A stretch of 6,982 bases of DNA from a virus (taxonomy: Duplodnaviria; Heunggongvirae; Uroviricota; Caudoviricetes). The notes beneath the pieces are model-generated. The model was not told the origin of the DNA and did no database searches. It saw only the letters and a list, made by a program, of their open reading frames with translations. The DNA lies in IMG/VR virus record IMGVR_UViG_2547132417_000010. One strand, given 5' to 3'. Shown here in pieces: positions 4,339 through 6,982 of the stretch (positions are counted from its first letter, which is position 1; every line of letters starts with the position of its first letter). The translations under genes were made by a program, and so were the position numbers.

Positions 4339-6564
4339 ATGACAAAATATACTTTTGCTTTTCCGTGGAATGCCCCACGGTCGGCAATAGTCAGTCCATA
4401 TCTTACCTACGACCAACAGTATCGCCGCGACCGTATGTTCGCGGCTTTGCTGCATGCGAAAAAGGTGCTTTCTCTCCAGCCCGACTGCGTGCGGTTAGAT
4501 GTTTATCGCACTGCTGCGGTGCTGGAGCAAAATCAGGGCAGTCAACGAACCAATGCCTTTTTAATCAGCTTCTGCAAAAAGGAATTGCCGCGTCTTGAAC
4601 TGGTCGCAAAAAAATACGAATGCGCGGGTATCAACAGCAATGTATCAACCGCTGTTTTTGGAGGTCATTTTGATACCCAGCTTATGCAATATCTGGCGTC
4701 TCGCATGGTTAATATGGTCGCCCGATATAACCGCCTCCCGGACATGTCGCGCGCTGATGTTGACCTGTTGGCCGCTGATATTGCTAATTTCATTCGTGGT
4801 GAACTTGCCAACATTGATGACAACGGATTCGGCGAGCTTAAAACGCTGTACACCTGGTATATCCGTGCTGGCTTTATTTCCCTCCAATTCAACGTTATCC
4901 CACCACATTGGGATCGGGTTGCAAAAAAATATGTCGGCGCGGATGAAATCGCACCGGCTATCGCCAAGATGTTTAACGATGGGTGGTGGCGTGGTCGTTT
5001 GCGCCGTGTTGCGGCTACTTGGCGCGAACACCTGCAAATTGCAGTCGGCAACGTCAGCAAGAAAAAAAACACCTACGCGAGTAAAAACTGCGTGACTGAC
5101 TGGCGTGAACAAAAGCGCCGCACTCGTGAATTTCTCAAAGGTCTGGATCTCGAAGACGAAGACGGCAACCGTATCAGCCTGATTGAAAAATATGATGGCT
5201 CAGTTGCTAACCCTGCCATTCGCCGCTGTGAGCTCATGACCCGCATTCGTGGGTTTGAAAACATCTGTAATGAGCTCGGTTATGTTGGTGAGTTTTACAC
5301 TCTAACCGCGCCGTCAAAATATCACGCCACGACTAAAGCCGGGTACCGTAACAGCAAATGGAGCGGTGCTAGCCCGGCTGACACGCAAAACTATCTAACC
5401 GGTATCTGGGCGCGTATCCGTGCCAAACTGCATCGGGAAGATGTCCGTATTTTCGGTATTCGTGTCGCCGAACCCCATCACGACGGCACTCCACACTGGC
5501 ACATACTGATGTTCATGCTGCCGGAAGATGTTGAATATGTTCGATCCATCGTCCGTAAATACGCATGGAAAGAAGACCGCCACGAACTGAAAAGCGATAA
5601 AGCCAAAAAAGCACGTTTCCACGCCGAGGCCATTGACCCGGAGAAAGGCAGCGCAACCGGCTATGTTGCTAAATACATCTCAAAAAATATCGACGGTTAT
5701 GCTCTCGATGGTGAAACCGATGATGAAAGTGGTGAACTGCTGAAAGAGACAGCCCCCGCCGTTTCAGCATGGGCAGCGCGCTGGCACATCCGTCAGTTTC
5801 AGTTTATCGGTGGTGCGCCGGTGACGGTCTACCGTGAGTTGCGTCGCCTCGCTGATACCGAAACCGCGCACGGCCTGAGCGTTGAGTTTGCCGCCGTCCA
5901 TGATGCCGCCGACGCAGGTGACTGGGCTGGTTATGTTAATGCGCAGGGTGGGCCGTTTGTCCGTCGCGATGATTTACAGGTGCGTACACTGTATGAACCC
6001 CGTACCGAGCTTAATCAGTACGGTGAGGAAACGGTATGTATTAAGGGGGTCTACGATTCCTCCATAGGTGCAGGAAGCCCGATTTTAACCAGGCTTACTC
6101 AGTGGAAGATTGTTCCGAAGCGTGCTGTTGATTTGGCCGTTGACCTTCAGGACGGCAAAGCCGTCCCTCGGAGTTCTGTCAATAACTGTACGGGAAGCGA
6201 AAGCGATCCACCGATACTGGATTTAACAAAACCACTGAGTCGGCGTGAAAGACGAGAATTGACCAACCGACTCAGGAAGCAAAAGCCAGCAGCACGGCGA
6301 AAATTCATCCACGGAACGGATGAGCAAAACGCAGCTATAGCTAAAACTATCGACGAAATACATCTGACAACCGGCATTAATATCAGCCGGGGCGAAGCCC
6401 TGCACCTGATGGCCGGTGGTAAAAGTTGTTTTGATGGTAAATGGCTACGCGGAACGGCCAAAGGAGAAATATTTTCCGCAGCACCATCGCATGAGGCTAA
6501 AGCTCGGAAAATCCTTAATCGTGTTGCGGCGATGGCTGAAGCATCAAAACCAATACATAAGTAA
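4339..6564 (+). CDS. Rolling-circle replication initiation endonuclease (P2 gpA family, HUH superfamily), 741 aa
   Basis: HUH motif TPHWHILMF (His codons at 5494..5496 and 5500..5502) and double-tyrosine motif YVAKYISK (Tyr codons at 5662..5664 and 5674..5676), as in the phiX174/P2 A-protein active site. Size and position after the TraR-like gene match P2/186 gene A. Start codon is uncertain: the GGAG at 4324..4327 is 11 nt from the ATG at 4339. Confidence 0.85.
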   Translation: MTKYTFAFPWNAPRSAIVSPYLTYDQQYRRDRMFAALLHAKKVLSLQPDCVRLDVYRTAAVLEQNQGSQRTNAFLISFCKKELPRLELVAKKYECAGINSNVSTAVFGGHFDTQLMQYLASRMVNMVARYNRLPDMSRADVDLLAADIANFIRGELANIDDNGFGELKTLYTWYIRAGFISLQFNVIPPHWDRVAKKYVGADEIAPAIAKMFNDGWWRGRLRRVAATWREHLQIAVGNVSKKKNTYASKNCVTDWREQKRRTREFLKGLDLEDEDGNRISLIEKYDGSVANPAIRRCELMTRIRGFENICNELGYVGEFYTLTAPSKYHATTKAGYRNSKWSGASPADTQNYLTGIWARIRAKLHREDVRIFGIRVAEPHHDGTPHWHILMFMLPEDVEYVRSIVRKYAWKEDRHELKSDKAKKARFHAEAIDPEKGSATGYVAKYISKNIDGYALDGETDDESGELLKETAPAVSAWAARWHIRQFQFIGGAPVTVYRELRRLADTETAHGLSVEFAAVHDAADAGDWAGYVNAQGGPFVRRDDLQVRTLYEPRTELNQYGEETVCIKGVYDSSIGAGSPILTRLTQWKIVPKRAVDLAVDLQDGKAVPRSSVNNCTGSESDPPILDLTKPLSRRERRELTNRLRKQKPAARRKFIHGTDEQNAAIAKTIDEIHLTTGINISRGEALHLMAGGKSCFDGKWLRGTAKGEIFSAAPSHEAKARKILNRVAAMAEASKPIHK

Positions 6565-6654
6565 TTCATATCCATATCATGCACATACAGCAATCGCTCT
6601 ATTCGTTTTTTTTCTTCCCATCTTTTGCCAATACGTGCTACTGTATAAATATGG

Positions 6655-6680
6655 GTCTTCCCCGATCATGGTGGGAAGAC
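6655..6680. repeat. Inverted repeat (8-bp stem GTCTTCCC / GGGAAGAC, 10-nt loop) abutting the transposase-like stop codon
   Basis: 6655..6662 is the exact reverse complement of 6673..6680. No T-run follows on either strand, so it is not a classic intrinsic terminator; it may be part of an IS terminal structure. Confidence 0.4.
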
Positions 6681-6982
6681 TCAGTACGCCATATTCAGTT
6701 TCCCATAGTGGAACATAACTCCCAGTTTAAAGCGTTCCCGGTTTCGGTATCCCCTGGCCTTTATCCTCAGCAGTCTGATCTTGCTGTTCAGCGCCTCCGC
6801 ATTTCCATTCGAGACGCGATGACGCATTGCATTCAGTATTCCGTATAACCGTTTTTTAATGGTTTTCGCTGCGTTTTTCATCATCGGCACATCACATTCA
6901 GACGCCAGCGATATCCACTGCAACCAGTCATTCCTGCGTTCTGTGCTCCAGGGGCGATCCCAGATATTTTTTGCCAGCTCTT
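6681..6982 (-). CDS. ISL3-family-like transposase, C-terminal portion (frame open to the window end; N-terminus outside window)
   Basis: Minus-strand frame is open from 6982 down to the TGA at 6681..6683 and translates ...ELAKNIWDRPWSTERRNDWLQWISLASECDVPMMKNAAKTIKKRLYGILNAMRHRVSNGNAEALNSKIRLLRIKARGYRNRERFKLGVMFHYGKLNMAY. The segment SNG.AE.LN.KI......ARGYRN.E.F resembles the conserved C-terminal signature of ISL3-family transposases from memory; unverified. Confidence 0.5.
   Translation of the reverse strand, partial: ELAKNIWDRPWSTERRNDWLQWISLASECDVPMMKNAAKTIKKRLYGILNAMRHRVSNGNAEALNSKIRLLRIKARGYRNRERFKLGVMFHYGKLNMAY

Noticed and set aside
4290-4598. Plus-strand 102-aa ORF overlapping the 5' end of gene A in another frame
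   Set aside because: Out-of-frame overlap with gpA, Cys/Arg/Ser-rich translation typical of an off-frame read of a coding region. Noted only because its ATG overlaps the TraR stop (TGATG).
4595-6593. Multiple internal ORFs within gene A on both strands (4595..5095, 4645..5112, 4665..5072, 5073..5264, 5395..5622, 5882..6067, 6147..6593, 6223..6405)
   Set aside because: All are embedded in or antisense to the 741-aa gpA ORF, which carries HUH and YxxKY motifs; they are considered frame shadows.
6416-6848. Plus-strand ORFs 6416..6718 and 6579..6848
   Set aside because: The first overlaps the gpA 3' end out of frame; the second is antisense to the transposase-like frame. No RBS and an unconvincing composition.
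1-6982. tRNA gene (phage att target), rRNA or CRISPR array
   Set aside because: No cloverleaf-like segment, rRNA-like stretch or regularly spaced direct repeats were seen on reading the sequence. The att site is expected beyond the IS at the left, outside the window.

Overview
This window reads as the early (immunity plus replication) region of a P2/186-like temperate phage, flanked by insertion sequences at both edges. All family assignments come from reading the translations and recalling family signatures; no database search, alignment or folding was run. Leftward lysogenic operon: CI-type repressor (1455..2318), a small secreted protein (1107..1445), and a P2-type integrase (303..1083) whose 3' end is cut off by an IS3-family, IS911-like element (1..302). 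A strong rightward sigma70-like promoter sits in the divergent intergenic region (2348..2376). Rightward operon: excisionase-family HTH protein, a 169-aa CII-like regulator, three small ORFs, a TraR/DksA zinc-finger protein, and the HUH rolling-circle replication initiator gpA (4339..6564). Downstream of gpA an ISL3-like transposase reading frame on the minus strand runs off the window end. No rRNA, tRNA or CRISPR array was seen. The most notable items are the IS-truncated integrase, the A+T-rich secreted ORF wedged between cI and int, and the internally duplicated HTH domain in the CI repressor.
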